From IMG/VR virus record IMGVR_UViG_3300034418_007243, positions 32,001-96,000 of that record: a DNA stretch of 64,000 nucleotides, one strand, 5' to 3'. Positions 26,463 through 40,500 of this stretch are shown here, piece by piece. The position numbers and the translations under genes are program-made. The notes under the pieces were generated by a model. The model was given only the letters and a program-made list of their open reading frames with translations, had not been told where the DNA came from and made no database searches. Position 1 is the stretch's first letter; every line of letters starts with the position of its first letter. Source of the stretch: a virus.

Positions 26463-29400
26463 ATGGCTAACGGAGATCCTACACAAGACATGTCAATAAC
26501 ACCACCTGGCTTAAGTGAAGGTCCTGTGGATTTAAGTGCTGGTGTACCCATGAATACACTACCACAAAATTTAGAAGCCCCTAGAGTTGAAGATTATTAC
26601 CCTGATAGATTTAAACAAGATCCTATTGCATCATTGCCTCCAACTCCAGAAAAGGTAAATGCTTTAATTGATAATTTTGTTTATAATACAGAAGCTAAAG
26701 AAAATCCTTTAAAAGCTACTAGTGTTTTAGGAAACTTTCATACTTCTGATTATGGACAAAATCAATTTATGGATAGATACTATAACCATAATAAATTTAG
26801 TGAGTTAGGTTTTAGTCCTTTTTTAGATAATGAAACTAGATATAATGAAGCTTCTTCTGGTTGGGATGAATTTGAAAGAGCTTTTGGGCAATGGACAAAT
26901 TTATCAGGAGTAGCTTTTTCTGATGCTATGTCTTTTGGTGATTCTTTAACTGACAGAAAAAATGCAGAGCAGTTTAAAAGAGTAATGGATATAGGAAGTA
27001 GTACAGATACTGGAAAGTTTGCTACTAATTTATTTTTAAACTCTGGTTATACAATGGGTATAATGGCAGAGCTTATTGCTGAAGAAGTTGTGTTAGGTGC
27101 AACAACTGCAGCTTTAGGTATTTCTTCCCCTATTACAGGTGGTGCAACTGCAGGTGCTGCTGCTGTAACAGCTGCTACTATGGCAGAAAGAGCAAGAAGA
27201 GGTTTTGGTAAAATTACACATGCTTGGGATGCTATGAAAAACGTAGGTAAAACTTTATCAAGTTTTAAAGATGTTAATAAAGCAAGAGAATATTTTACTT
27301 CAGCAGGAAAAGCTACAGGAAGATTCCTTAATCCACTAGAAAATACAGCAAGATTTCTAAAACAAAAAAAATCAATAGCTGGTATTCATGAAGGAACAAA
27401 GCTTGCTAAACTAAAAACAGCTACTAGCGGTTTTGCAGAATTTTATAAAGATGTAAGAAATGTTAGATTAGCCTTTGGTGAAGGAGCTTTAGAAGGAGGT
27501 ATGGTTGAAAATGAAATGATTGATCATTTAACTAAAGACTGGTTAGATAAACATCCTGGTCAAAAGATGAGTGATTCTGCTGCTCAAGCTATAAGAAATG
27601 CTGCTAGAGATGCTGGTGTAACAACTACTCTTACTAACACACCTGTTATACTTCTAAGTAACAAAATTGTACTAGACGGTATTTTAAGACCTGGCCAATT
27701 TAGCAAAAAAATTATAGGTGAGGTAATAGAAACAGGAGGAAAGAAACTGTTATTTAATCCACGAAAAGGTGTAAAAGATGTTTATTCTATTTTACCTAAA
27801 GGGTTTATAAATAAAACATGGGCTTACGCAAAAGATCCTAGATTAGCTTTAAGCGCTGCAGCTACAGGAGTTATAAAATATTCTTCTGCTAACTTTGCTG
27901 AAGGTCTTCAAGAAACAGCTCAAGAAATTATATCTGGTACTAATGAAGATTACTATACTGCTCAATATAAAGGTGATGTAACTAAAGGTGGATATTATTC
28001 TTTTGTTGCACAAAATGTTAATAAACAATTCTCTCCTGAAGGATTTGAGATATTTGCTTCAGGATTTTTAATGGGTGGTATAGCAGGTCCTATATCTAAT
28101 ATTGCTGGTAGAACTATGTCTACAGCTACAGAGTTATTTGATCCTAATAGTGATTTAAGAATTAGAGGTTTTAAAATTGGAGAAAAAGAAGATGGTACAG
28201 GTAAGTATATTACAGGTGGATTTTTAGGTAAAGCTTTAGGTATTGGTACTGGTACACAAGAACAAATATCTGCTGCTGAAAAATTAGATAGAAAAAGAAA
28301 AGATGCTTTAGATGATGTAGTAAATACTTTAAATGAGTTTTATGACATTAATAAAAAACAATATCTAAATCCAGAGTTAGAAAATTTATTATCTCAAAAA
28401 CAACTTAATTCTTTGATGCAAAAAGCACAAGAAGAAGGAGATGTTAAAGCATATAATGATTTTAAGGACACATCAGGATTTAAGCATGTAATAACTGCTT
28501 TAAAATATGGTAGATTAGGTACACACATACAGCAGTTAAAAGAACTAAAGAATTTAACAGAAGAAGAAATAAAACAGCAATACGGAATATCAAAAACTAA
28601 ATTTGATGCAAGTATAGATAATGCTGTAGAAAGAGCTGAAAGAATACAATATAGATATGATAAAGCTAAAGAGCTATTTCCTAATCCTTATAACCCACAA
28701 AATTATAGAGGTAACGAAGCATTTCTTATGCTTATAGGAGAAAAAGCTTGGAATGATGCTGTAGAAGAATTTATCTTTAATCAAGATAGTTTTGATAATG
28801 CTGTTAAAAGAACAGAAAAAATACTAAGTAAAGCTAAAGATAAAGCTAAACTTAAAAATACATCCTTTTCAAAATTTGAAGCTTTGTTTTCTTTAAGTAA
28901 AACACAAGCAGAAATTAATACTCTAAAACAAGAAATAGAAGCTTTAGAAGAAAGCGGTGTAAAAAAGACAGATCCTAAATTAAGATCACTTAAAAAACAA
29001 AAAGAATATTTAGAAAGGTTTGCTGATGCAATGGAGCAAACAAAAATAGAAAGAGCAGAAAGTAAAACAGAATCTATTACTCCAAAAACTAAAAAGAAAG
29101 CTGAAAGAGCTTTTAAACTTTACGTGAATTTGTTAGCTGTAGAAAGTGGTGACTTTGTTGCTAATGAAGATTTAACAGATGTATTTGAAGACTTATTAGA
29201 TTATGCAGCCTTAAGTGAAAGAAAACAAAAAGCAATGGATGCTGCTAATCTTTTAACAAACCCTCAAGCATTTTTTGAAAGAGTTGAAAGAAATAAAGAA
29301 ATTAATTCTAAAATTTTTGCTAATAAAAAAGCTGAAATAAAAGAATCTCTTGAGCAGTATTTGAAAGCAATGGATAAAAATGAAATGCTTCAAGAGCTGC

Positions 29401-31553
29401 ATAAATTAGGAATGTTCTTTTCTTTAGAAGAGCTAGAAAATTTAGAACAACAAATGAAAGATGGTGTTCTTACTTTAGAAAGCTTTCCTAAAACATTTTA
29501 TTATACAAATGTAGATACTGTAGAAGATGAAAAGCTTTCAAGTCTTCAAGTACAAAGAAATACAGAGGACTATCAAAAAGCTATTGCGCTAGTTAAAAAA
29601 TATTTTCCTCACATAACTGGAATTCCTATAGAGCAAGAAACTATAGTTGATCCTTACTCAGCTTCAGTAAGATTAAAGCTTAAAGATGATAATAGAACTT
29701 TTGAAGATTTAGCAAAACAATTTGGTTTTGAAAATAAAGAAAAGGTTCCTTTAAAAGATGTTTTACAAGCTATTATAGATAGCAAATATGCAACAGCTCA
29801 AGAAAAACTTTTAGCTTCTCAATTATTAACATTAGCTAGTGATACAGAAACAATTACTTTTGCTACTAATATGGCTATGCCGGGTGAATATTCTGAAAGT
29901 TTACAAACTAGAATAGATCCTAGATATTCAGCAAGTAATTATGCTAAATCAAAGAAAAAATTAAGAACAGAAGATTTTGGTGTTTTTGAATATGAAGGAG
30001 CAGATTTACCTATAGAAGTTACCATTCTAAGATATGAATTAGAAAGAAGAGTTTTTGAATCTTTAAATACTAATACACAGTTTTCTGAAAATATTAATGA
30101 GTTAATGAAACTTGCTGACGCTAGGTTTACAGAAATGGCTAACGCTGATGTAAATAGTGTAAATTTTGCAATATTTCCTTTCTTACAAGATAAAGCTGCT
30201 TTTATACAAGGAGCAATGACTAGCAGAGATTTTCAAAAATTTTTAGCATCTATTCCTTATAAAAGCACAAAAGAACAAAAAAATAGTTGGCAAAAGTTTG
30301 TTGACTTTGTTATAGATTCAATTAAACAAACGCTAGGTGGAAAGCCCAATGGTTCTGCTCTTAATGAAGCTCTTACTCTTATTACATCTGAGATAGGTAT
30401 TATAGAAGAAGAAAAAGCTGCTCCTGTTACAGGAGAAACAAAAGCAGAAGAAGCAGTTATTATAGAAGGTCCTATTTCTATTACAAATAATCCAAAGAGC
30501 ATGTGGTCTGAGCATAAAGAATTTATGACTCAGATGGTTAATTTATTTAAACAACAGAGTAAAGAACAAGAAGCTAAAGGAGAAACACCGCTTGGTAGAT
30601 TTACAGATAAAAATGGAAATAATTTATCAGATTATGCAATCTTAACAACTACTCAATTTAAAACCTGGTGGAATAAAAACTTTAATGCTGCTAAAGATGA
30701 GGCTATAAATAACTATAATACTCAATTAAAAGAAGCAGTAGAATTAGAAGAACTTGAAAGTAAACAACAAGAAGAACCTACTCCTAAATCAGAGCAAAGA
30801 AAAAGTAGAAAGGATGATATTAAGACTAGGGAGATGGTAAACAAACTATTAGGATTACGGTTTACAAGACCTCAGATTGCAGCCATGAGTGTTGATGATG
30901 CTATTAAATTTATAGAAGATAACATTCCTTACCCTGAACTAGTAAAAAGAAGAGAAGAAAAAGAAAGATTAGAAGAATTAAAAGCTAAACAGAAAAAACA
31001 AGAAGCTGTACAAAACATTATTGATAAATTTAATAGTGTTACAAGCTTAGATGAATTAACATCAGTGTATGATACAATTTTAAATGCTATTGAAGAAAAT
31101 GATAAAAACATTGTTGAAGCACAAAAAGATGTAAATATAGAACAATTACGTTTAGAAACTCTAAAAAGATTGGCTGAAGAAGTAAGCTTTGATCAATTAA
31201 AAATTGGTAAAGCAATGCGTCTTAAAAAGAATAAAAATGCTTATATTATAGAGGTAAGTGAAGATGGTAAAACATATACTGCTCAATATGATGATGGCAC
31301 TTCCAATACTGTAGAAATTACAGAAGACAATATAAAAGATTTAGTTCAAGCATTTTATAGTGAAGCTTATGAACAGACAAATGAAGTTGAATCAGAAATT
31401 ACTGAAGATGAAGAAAAAGTTTTATCTGAATCTAAAGAAATATTTGATAATTCATCTGAAGGTATAAAAGAAGCTATGGATTCTGCTAAGAAGCTTGGCA
31501 AAGAACAAGCTAGAAAAAACTTTTTAGACGCAATAAATAATAGATGTAAATAA
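26463..31553 (+). CDS. Large ejection (pilot-like) protein with degenerate zincin-like domain
   Basis: 1696 aa; Ala/Gly-rich hydrophobic helices, EGALEGG and EGLQETAQE..GFLMGG motifs, long coiled coils; ends in RCK. Confidence 0.6.
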   Translation: MANGDPTQDMSITPPGLSEGPVDLSAGVPMNTLPQNLEAPRVEDYYPDRFKQDPIASLPPTPEKVNALIDNFVYNTEAKENPLKATSVLGNFHTSDYGQNQFMDRYYNHNKFSELGFSPFLDNETRYNEASSGWDEFERAFGQWTNLSGVAFSDAMSFGDSLTDRKNAEQFKRVMDIGSSTDTGKFATNLFLNSGYTMGIMAELIAEEVVLGATTAALGISSPITGGATAGAAAVTAATMAERARRGFGKITHAWDAMKNVGKTLSSFKDVNKAREYFTSAGKATGRFLNPLENTARFLKQKKSIAGIHEGTKLAKLKTATSGFAEFYKDVRNVRLAFGEGALEGGMVENEMIDHLTKDWLDKHPGQKMSDSAAQAIRNAARDAGVTTTLTNTPVILLSNKIVLDGILRPGQFSKKIIGEVIETGGKKLLFNPRKGVKDVYSILPKGFINKTWAYAKDPRLALSAAATGVIKYSSANFAEGLQETAQEIISGTNEDYYTAQYKGDVTKGGYYSFVAQNVNKQFSPEGFEIFASGFLMGGIAGPISNIAGRTMSTATELFDPNSDLRIRGFKIGEKEDGTGKYITGGFLGKALGIGTGTQEQISAAEKLDRKRKDALDDVVNTLNEFYDINKKQYLNPELENLLSQKQLNSLMQKAQEEGDVKAYNDFKDTSGFKHVITALKYGRLGTHIQQLKELKNLTEEEIKQQYGISKTKFDASIDNAVERAERIQYRYDKAKELFPNPYNPQNYRGNEAFLMLIGEKAWNDAVEEFIFNQDSFDNAVKRTEKILSKAKDKAKLKNTSFSKFEALFSLSKTQAEINTLKQEIEALEESGVKKTDPKLRSLKKQKEYLERFADAMEQTKIERAESKTESITPKTKKKAERAFKLYVNLLAVESGDFVANEDLTDVFEDLLDYAALSERKQKAMDAANLLTNPQAFFERVERNKEINSKIFANKKAEIKESLEQYLKAMDKNEMLQELHKLGMFFSLEELENLEQQMKDGVLTLESFPKTFYYTNVDTVEDEKLSSLQVQRNTEDYQKAIALVKKYFPHITGIPIEQETIVDPYSASVRLKLKDDNRTFEDLAKQFGFENKEKVPLKDVLQAIIDSKYATAQEKLLASQLLTLASDTETITFATNMAMPGEYSESLQTRIDPRYSASNYAKSKKKLRTEDFGVFEYEGADLPIEVTILRYELERRVFESLNTNTQFSENINELMKLADARFTEMANADVNSVNFAIFPFLQDKAAFIQGAMTSRDFQKFLASIPYKSTKEQKNSWQKFVDFVIDSIKQTLGGKPNGSALNEALTLITSEIGIIEEEKAAPVTGETKAEEAVIIEGPISITNNPKSMWSEHKEFMTQMVNLFKQQSKEQEAKGETPLGRFTDKNGNNLSDYAILTTTQFKTWWNKNFNAAKDEAINNYNTQLKEAVELEELESKQQEEPTPKSEQRKSRKDDIKTREMVNKLLGLRFTRPQIAAMSVDDAIKFIEDNIPYPELVKRREEKERLEELKAKQKKQEAVQNIIDKFNSVTSLDELTSVYDTILNAIEENDKNIVEAQKDVNIEQLRLETLKRLAEEVSFDQLKIGKAMRLKKNKNAYIIEVSEDGKTYTAQYDDGTSNTVEITEDNIKDLVQAFYSEAYEQTNEVESEITEDEEKVLSESKEIFDNSSEGIKEAMDSAKKLGKEQARKNFLDAINNRCK

Positions 31554-34500
31554 TGAGATGTCCACTTAATCCAGATATAGATTTACAAGCATTTAGAGTA
31601 GCTGTATTTGCAGATATGTATGATATGGCAGAAAGCCCTGAAGCTTTTGATGTTGATCAATACATGCAAGAAATGTATGAATTAGTTTTTGAAAACACTA
31701 AAGATCCTGCATTAGCTCTAGATTATGCGCGTTTTATACCTGAAACTACTCTTAGTCTTTTAAATACAGATAAAAAACTTAGTGGCAAATTAATGAATGA
31801 GAAAGGTTTAAACCTAAATTCTCTAATGCAAAAAGTTATTGATATAAGTAACTATAATAAAGATCAATTAAAAGTTCTTAATAATCAGTTAGCTGGTAAA
31901 GTATCTTTAAAAGATACAGCAAAAAAAGGAAAAGAAGTTGCAAAGCGTAAAAACCAAGAAAAGAAAAATGAAAATCAGTTATCACTATTTGATCCTGAAA
32001 TAATAGAAGAAGCAGCTAAAGAAGAACCTTTACCTACATTAACACCTTCTTTGTCACCAACACTTGTTGAGGAAGCAAAAGGTATATTAGATGCACAAGG
32101 TTCTGATGAAATGATTTATCCTCTTACAGCTTTTGCAACAAGAAATGTTGATAGACCAACAAAACATTCAAAGTTTATATCTGCTGTTCAAAAACAATTG
32201 CTAAGATTATTTAAAGAAAATAAAACAAATAATATTTTTTTAGCAGCTGTACCTACTAGTGAAATTATAGCAAATCTTGAAAATAAAGATAGTGTTTACT
32301 ATAATTTTTTCAGAAGTATGGATGCTGCAGAACAACAAAGTTTTATAGAAAATGATAATGGTTTAGGTGTTATATTAGTTGTAACAGATCAAGCAGGTCT
32401 ACCTATAACATTTAATGATCAAGGATTGCAGTCTAAAGAAGACTTATCTTCCCCAGCTTTTCTATTTTTAAATAGTCCAAAGTTTGATACTAAAGGACAA
32501 ATTAAACTTAGTGAAAATGATATTGCAGCAATTGAAGAAATAAAACAAGTTTACAAAAAACATAATCAACCAGAGCTTGCAAAAAAAGCTGAACAGTTTT
32601 ATATAGAACAGCTTAAGTCTATTAATAAAATTAGAGAATATGTTAGAGCTAACCCTAAAGAATCTGTTAAGTTTACAATTAACGGAGGATTTTTAGGAGC
32701 TTATCAAAAGTCTTCTATAAAAAATAAACAACCTCTTGCTGGTTTAGAAGAGACTATAAATTTACAAAGAGGAAAGTATAATAGCATGTATTTTACTTCA
32801 TCAGATTTGGGAGGTAAAACTATAGTGCTTGAAAGACCTACTTTGTCTGAGGCTGATATGTTAGAAGATATACTTAGTCTTTTAGTGGATGATATAACTT
32901 TAAATGGTAAACCTATATCTTCTACTGAGCGTAAGAATTTATTCTTCCAATTTTATTATAGCAAAAAAGAAACAGTTCAGCTTGCATCAGAAAATGGAAA
33001 AGCTGTTTTGTATTTTAAATATAAAGCTATTCAACTTGATCAATTAAATGATCAACAAAAACAAACTTTAAAAGAAGAACTTAGAAATTATTTTACAGAA
33101 ATAAATGATAAAGGTTATCCTGAACAACATACTTATTTAAAAAGTTCTCCGCAAAGTGCAAATAAACAAATTAGTGATATCAGTATTGAAAACGGAGTTC
33201 TTACATTAACTAATAAACCCTATGAACAGTTTGTTAAAGAAAAGTTTTATAGCCTATATAAAGTAGAAAATGGAAGATTTGCTACATCAAATCCATATAT
33301 CACATTTGAATTAGCACCTGAAAGTGAAGGTCAAGTTTTTTTAGAAAATAAAAAAACACAAGAAGAATTAATAAATGAATTATTAACTGTTGCAGAAGAA
33401 ATTGAAGAAATTCAAAATAGAATAGATGAACGTCTTTCTATAAAAAAAGATACTCAAAAATCAAGCATTAAAGAACAAGGAAAGTTGTTTAGAATTTTTG
33501 AAAAAGCTTTTTATGAAGGAAATAATAAAAGACATAATGATATATCTAATGAACAACTTCAACAACTATCTCCAGAAACAAAAGCTTATTTAATAGACTT
33601 ATATGAAAGAGCAAAACCTTTTAATGAAGAATATCAAAGAATAGGTAAAGTAAGAGATGTTCAAACCAACAAAGAAATAATAACAGATGAAGATAAAATA
33701 AGATATATAACAGCAAATCATTTTGGTGGTTTTGGTAGAGCTGCTAGGTTAGGTTCTGCTGCTGATTATGTGTTTAGGCAAGACCCTAAGTATAAAGATT
33801 TAATCTTTGCTATTCCATCTCAAGATGTTTTAAATAATATAAATAAGGTTTTCAATGCGAAGCTTACAAGTGAAGAGTTAAATATTGGCAGTGTAAAAGA
33901 AGAACAAGTAAAAGAAGAACCTAAAAAACCAACTCCTTCTTATTCATCAAGATTAGCAGATTTTGACACAAAGTTAGATAAAACACTTAAAGTAAAAGGT
34001 TTAGATGTAAAAGCAACAAAACAACAAATAAAAGAAGCTAAAAAGTGGTATGAAAAAAGTGCTATAAGTCAATTTTTTAAGTTTGAAGAAATTTTTGATA
34101 TGGTTAATACTGATGATGGTTCAGCTGTAGCAAGATGGACATTAGCAGGTATTACACTTTACAAAGGTTCTGATTACTCTGATTTATATCATGAGGCTTG
34201 GCATGCTTTTACACAGACATTCATGAATTCTTTACAAAGACAAGAATTATATGAAAAATTAAAAACTAAATCAGGAACTTTTACAGACCATCTTGGTCAA
34301 ACAGTAACGTTTAAAGATGCTAGTGATTTACAATTAGAAGAACATCTTGCAGAACAGTTTAGAGAGTATATGCTGAATCCTTCTAGTAAGAAAATTACTA
34401 AAGAAGAAAAGTCTTTATTTAGAAGAGTTTTACAAGCTCTTAGAAAATTATTTGGTGATAGAGAACTTGATTTAGAAATTACAAACTTAGAAGCTGATTT

Positions 34501-37500
34501 ATTTGTTCAGGATATCTTTGAAAAGCTCCGTATTGGTAAATTATATGAATATACTTTTGATATAGAAAATTTTGCTTTTCCCTCTTTGGATAAAGGAGGA
34601 GTTAAAGCATTGCAAGGAAGTACTGGAGTTCAACAATTAAACTATAACAATACTATGAAAATGGTTGGTGTTATAGATTCTCTTATTTCAGAATGGATAG
34701 ATTTAAAAAATGCTGCTTTAAATAGAGATCAAATAGATGCTTTATTTGATATTAATGATGAAATAGATAAAGCTGGTGAAAATATTAAACGTATTGAAGA
34801 GTTAGAAAAACAAAAAGAAGAACTTCTAACACTAGCTAGACAACAAATAAAAGCTACATATAAATATACTTCTGCAGTAACTAAAGATCCAAATGCGCTT
34901 TTAGCTGCTTATAATCATGCAGCTTATAGAATAGCAAGAATTATAAGTAATAAACAAGCTCTTTATGCAGCAACAGAAAACATTGTAGAAAAAGAAAAAT
35001 TAAAAAAACAATTAGATCTTCTAGAATGGTCACTAAAAAACTTTGGTAATTTAGAAAACATTAAACATGTAACTAACAGGCCTGGTGAAAATAGTAGAGG
35101 TCTTATTTCTATGCATATAGAAAGATCTGCTACGTTTTTTAATCAAGATGTTAAAGTTTCTCTTGATTTTGAAAATGTAACTGAAGAACAACTTTTACAA
35201 GGAAAGTTATTTGAAAAAACAGGCAATGACTTATCTATGGTAGAAATTGCTAAGCCTGAAGTTATATTCTTTCTAAAGCAATTATATTCTTATAACAAAG
35301 AAGGTTTAGTTGAAAGAGATGATTTTGGTTTACCTAAACAAGCTGATTTTGGTCAAACCTGGAATAAACTTGCAAGGCTTTTAGTAAATACGCCTAACAT
35401 TGATCAGATGTATCTAAAGCTACAAGCAGCATCTGTAAAAGATCCTCAGATAAAACAATTACTAAGTAAACTAGGAAGAACTAACACTGACTCTAATTTA
35501 ACTCAAAGTTTAATAAGTAATTTCTTTAATACTTTTGGCATGGCTAATGTGCCTCTAATACAAACTACTATTAGAAAAGTTACTAAACAAAATCCAGATG
35601 GAACAACATCAACACAGACTATAGCTAGTACAGGTAGAGCTTTTAATTCAAACAATAAAATAGCTAAAGATTGGGAAAGACAATTTAAAGAACCCAGTCA
35701 TAAAAGCAAATATATAAAGAGAGATGAAAAAGGTAGTTACTTAGATGTTGATGCCTTCTTAAATGATTACAATTATGCAAAAGCTAAAGGTAACCTTTGG
35801 CAGTTTTATAATGATTTAGGTATTCTATTATCTGATAATGAAGATTTAAAAACAGAACTGCAAGATCCTAACAATAAAAAACTTTACTCAGATAAAGTAA
35901 GTTTTATTTTTACAACTCTAAAGAAAAACTATCAAGAAAAAAATAAAAGATTAGCTGATTTAAATGAATTAGCTAAATCTGAAAGTGTTATCTATAATAA
36001 TCTTATAAATTTAGAATCTAAGTATTCTAATGTGTTTACAGATTTTATGGTTACCAATGCTGAAGGTAATGCTCAGTTTGAACACACACTTAATAATACT
36101 ATTACTATGATGGTTAATGGTATTAATAATGTAGAAAATTATTTGGATATATTAGCTATACCACATTTAGCTCATCTAAATGTTGATTTAAATCCTTTTG
36201 CTGAATCTTCTATGTGGTTAAAAAGCATGTTTAATTTAGAAGGTACAGCAGATACAAATCCTAAGTATGGTGAAAGAAGAAAAGATACTTATGGTAATGA
36301 TATAAAATTAGAAGTTGTAAACTTAAGTGGTATTATAACTCTTGAAGGAGAAGAAAAAACTCAAGAAGGTATAGCTAGTGCTAGAGCAGATGAATTTACT
36401 AAGTTTATTCTTGATATGCATTTAGGTTATGATAATAGCTTTGAATTAATGCGTCATGCTGATAAATCAACTTCTTATGGTATTAGATTAACTGGTGAAA
36501 CTTTAGGAAGCAAAAGTAGAAGAGATTCTTATTTATCTCCTCAAACATTTAAAAAAGATAATGTTCAAGTAGCTTTTGATATTAAAAATAGAATTGTTCC
36601 TTATTTAATAGCGGAACTTAAAAGAATGAGAATAGCTAGAACAGCTCTCAAAGATAATATAAAAGATTTTGATTTTGCTTATTTAGAAAGAGGTAAAGAC
36701 TTTGTAATATTTTCAGGTTATCTAAGTGCAGATACTCAAGCTTTGTTAGAAAAAGAAATTGTAAAAAATGAATCTCTAGCTTTAGAAGATTTTGCAGAAG
36801 CTATTAGTAATGATATATTTGAAAAGGAAATATTAAAAGATACTAGATCTTATTTTAATAAACAGTATGTTAAAGTAGATAAACTTTTTAAAGCAACAGA
36901 TGAATTTATCTCAGATAATATTGTTAAAAACTTTATTGGTAAAAGTAATATAACTAAAGACGAAGCTAAAAAAGCTATATTACAATCACAAATAGTCAAT
37001 TCTTTTATAAATAATTTAGAGAGCATGTCTTTTATATACGGAGACATTGCTCAGTATAAATTAGACAAAGAAGACTTTCACAAACGTAATGCTGGTGCTG
37101 GTTCAACAGGTAAATTATTCCGTACAGATAAAGGTATGCAAGATTTTATTAACGGAAGAATAAATCAAACTTATGCTGCTAAATTAAAAAATGAACTAGG
37201 TCTTGCAAGTTTAAGAACTTATGATGGCACATTTAATACAGCTGTTATATCAGATAATAAAATACCTAGTGTTTATGCAGAACTAAGACAATTAGGAGAA
37301 GCATATAATGAAATGGAAGAAGCTGATGGTCAAGGTATTATTGCTTTTGATTCATATAGAACTTTAAAAATAGCAGAAGGTTCTTGGCTTCCAGAACAAG
37401 AAGCTTTATATCAAGATATTATAAATGAAAGAGAAATAGACGAAACTAAAATTCAATACTATTTTCCTGCATATAAAACACAATACTGGGGACCTTTAAA

Positions 37501-40500
37501 AACAGATTTAGAAAGAATTGGATTACCTGTAACAGCTTTTCATAAATTTTCTTTATATCCAGCAATACCTAATGTTATTAAAGGTAAAAACATGGAGATT
37601 CTTCATAAAAGAATGATTCAAGAAGGTATTGATTATGTAGTATTTAAATCAGGTTCTAAGGTAGGTACTGTAACAGAAACTCAAAGCGGTACAAAACAAG
37701 TTTATAAAAAAGATTCAAGAGAGCTTGTCTTTGATAACAATTATGATCCTAGTAAAGATAAACCTTTCTTTACTAAAAATGTGATCTTTTTAGAGTACTT
37801 AAAAAATCAATTAGAAATAAATGATAAAGCTAAAGGTCAAACAATTTTCTCTACTCAGTTAAGAAAATTAGTTATAGATGGTCTTATGGAGTTTGGTGTA
37901 CCTGTTGATTATAAAACAAATATAAAAGATCCAGAAAAAAGAATTAAAGCTTGGGAAAATGAAAAGAATAAAGAAGATAGCTCTCCTTATTATAAATTAA
38001 TTAGAAATTATGAGCAAACTATTGAAGCTTTAACAAAGCTTGAAAAAGATAAACTTCTTAAAGAATTAAATTGGACAGAAAATGAAGATGGTACTTTATC
38101 TGGTGATAAAAAGAAACTAATAGACTTTGTTGTTAGAGAATTATCTAGAAAAGAATTAGGAGAACATGAGTTAGAATATTTACTTAAGGGAGGAGATCTT
38201 TCTTTATCTCTTAATGCTGCTGACGTAGAAAAAATGCTAAATGCTATAGTTGTTAAAAAACTAGTAAAGCAAAAAGTAAATGGAGAAGCTTTAATTCAGG
38301 TTGCTAATACCTTTATGGAAGATGCAGTAAAAGCTAAAGGTTTAAAGTTTAAAAATCCTACTAAAAAACAAATTGAAGAGTTTGGGTCTAATGATCTACC
38401 TTTTTATACTAAAAATAAAGATGGGTCTACAAATGCTATGAAAGTTAAGGTAGCATTACAGAATGACTTTAAAAACTTACTCTTTTTAAAACATAATGAT
38501 GGGCAAGAAATAGGTAGTATAGAGAGACTTAATGAAATGATTAAAGATGAAGAGTGGTTAAATAAAGGTGATCATAGAAAGATGATTACTATGACTGCTG
38601 TTCGTATTCCTGTTCAGGGTCTTAACTCTATGGAGTTTATGGAAGTTTATGAGTTTTTACCTGCTTCTGCAAGCGGTACTATTATACTTCCCTCAGAGAT
38701 TGTAGCTAAGTCTGGTGCTGACTTTGATATAGATAAGTTAACAGTTATGATGCCTAATATTAAGGCTAAAGTAACAAAAGAAAATAAAGATAAAATCTTT
38801 TGGAAAGAGTTAGCTCAAGAGTTTCCTGATTTAGATTTTAGTTATAATAATGTGCAAATGATATTTGACGCATTAAAATCTCCAGAAACATACAAATTTT
38901 TAAATGAAGAAGATATAGCTGTAGCAAATGCTATTAAATCAAAAGCAAATGTAGTAACAGCTGAATATTCTACAGGTGATAATAAATCAGGTCTTGAAAA
39001 TAAATTATTAGAAAGCATTGTATCTATACTTTCTTTACCTGTTAACCGTGAAGCTTTACTTACACCAAATAGCACAGCTCTATTTACAGAAGGTAAAAAT
39101 GAAGGAGATAAATCATTGGTTGATGCTTTAGCAAAAGATGAAGAGTATAATGGAACTACTACTTTTGAAATTGCATATAATTTAAAGAAACACCAGGAAA
39201 ATAGTATTGGTAAAGCAGCTCTTGGTTTGGGTGCTGTAGATAATACCTATAATACTTTAATGAATAGAGTTGGTGCTTATCTTAATAAAGAAGTAGGTTC
39301 TACAGAAGAAGAATTTATTCAATCAATATTTGGTAAAATTCCTGAAAGTGAACAAAAATATTACCAGGCTGTAAGAAAAAACTTTAGAAGACAAAAAATA
39401 TTTTTGCCTCATAATACAATTGATGGCAATATATCTTTATCACATTCTACTAGTAAAGGAAGTAATCAATCTATCTCAGGTGTAATTAATCAAATGATTA
39501 ATGGATGGGTAGATGTTGCTAGAGGAGCTTGGATTTTTAATGTACAAGGAAATAAAGAAGTAGCACCTACACTTTTATTTATGATTCAAGCAGGTGTTCC
39601 AGTTGATACAGCTGTATATTTTGTGTCTAATCCATTAGTAAAAGAATATGTAAATCAGATTAGAAAAGCTCAAAGTCCTTTTGCTGAGTATATGAATATG
39701 GATCTTGAGAACCCTAATGCTTTTAAAGCAGCAGCTTTAAGAAATATTTTTACTAATCCTGAGTTTGGTTTTAGATTGCCTTATAAGATGAACGGGGTTT
39801 TTCAAAAGGAAACTGATATGTCTAATATTAACCCTATGCTAAATCAGATGAATATTAGTCGTTTAGCTAGAGTGTTAGCTGTTCAAAATGTCAACAAACA
39901 ATTCAATACTGAAACATTAAAAGAAAGAGCTGAAAATTATAAAGAAGGTGATCCTATTACTGAAGCTGACAGAGATGCTTTCTTACACTTTTTGGAGTTA
40001 GAAGAAATGGGTAAAGGGGTAAGAGATATCAAAATGAATATGAATTTTGATACAAACCCTGATCAATCTTTATATGCAGCAGAAGCAAGAATAAAAAGAA
40101 AAGGTTCTCTTGAATATGATAACAGATTTCCTTCATTTATAATTGAAAAATTAGAAAATGAATCTCCTATATCAGCATTTTATACGCAACCTTTTCAAAT
40201 AAAATTAATAGGAGGTTTATTTCCTTTAAGAAATCATAAACGCATTAATAAGTTTATAGATGATGTAGAGCTAGATGAAATAAAAAGAAATGGATGGAAT
40301 GATAGAGAATCTTTTGCTAAAGATTTTAAAAATGAATTTATTAATTTTATTTATCAAAATGAGCTAAGAAATTTTGATGTAAGAAAACTATCTAAACCAA
40401 CAACTAATACTTTTAATGGCTTTGAAATAGAAAGAGTAAATGTAGCTTCTTTAAAACATGGAGCAGCTTTTAAAGATGGTAAACTTTTTATAAGCATGAC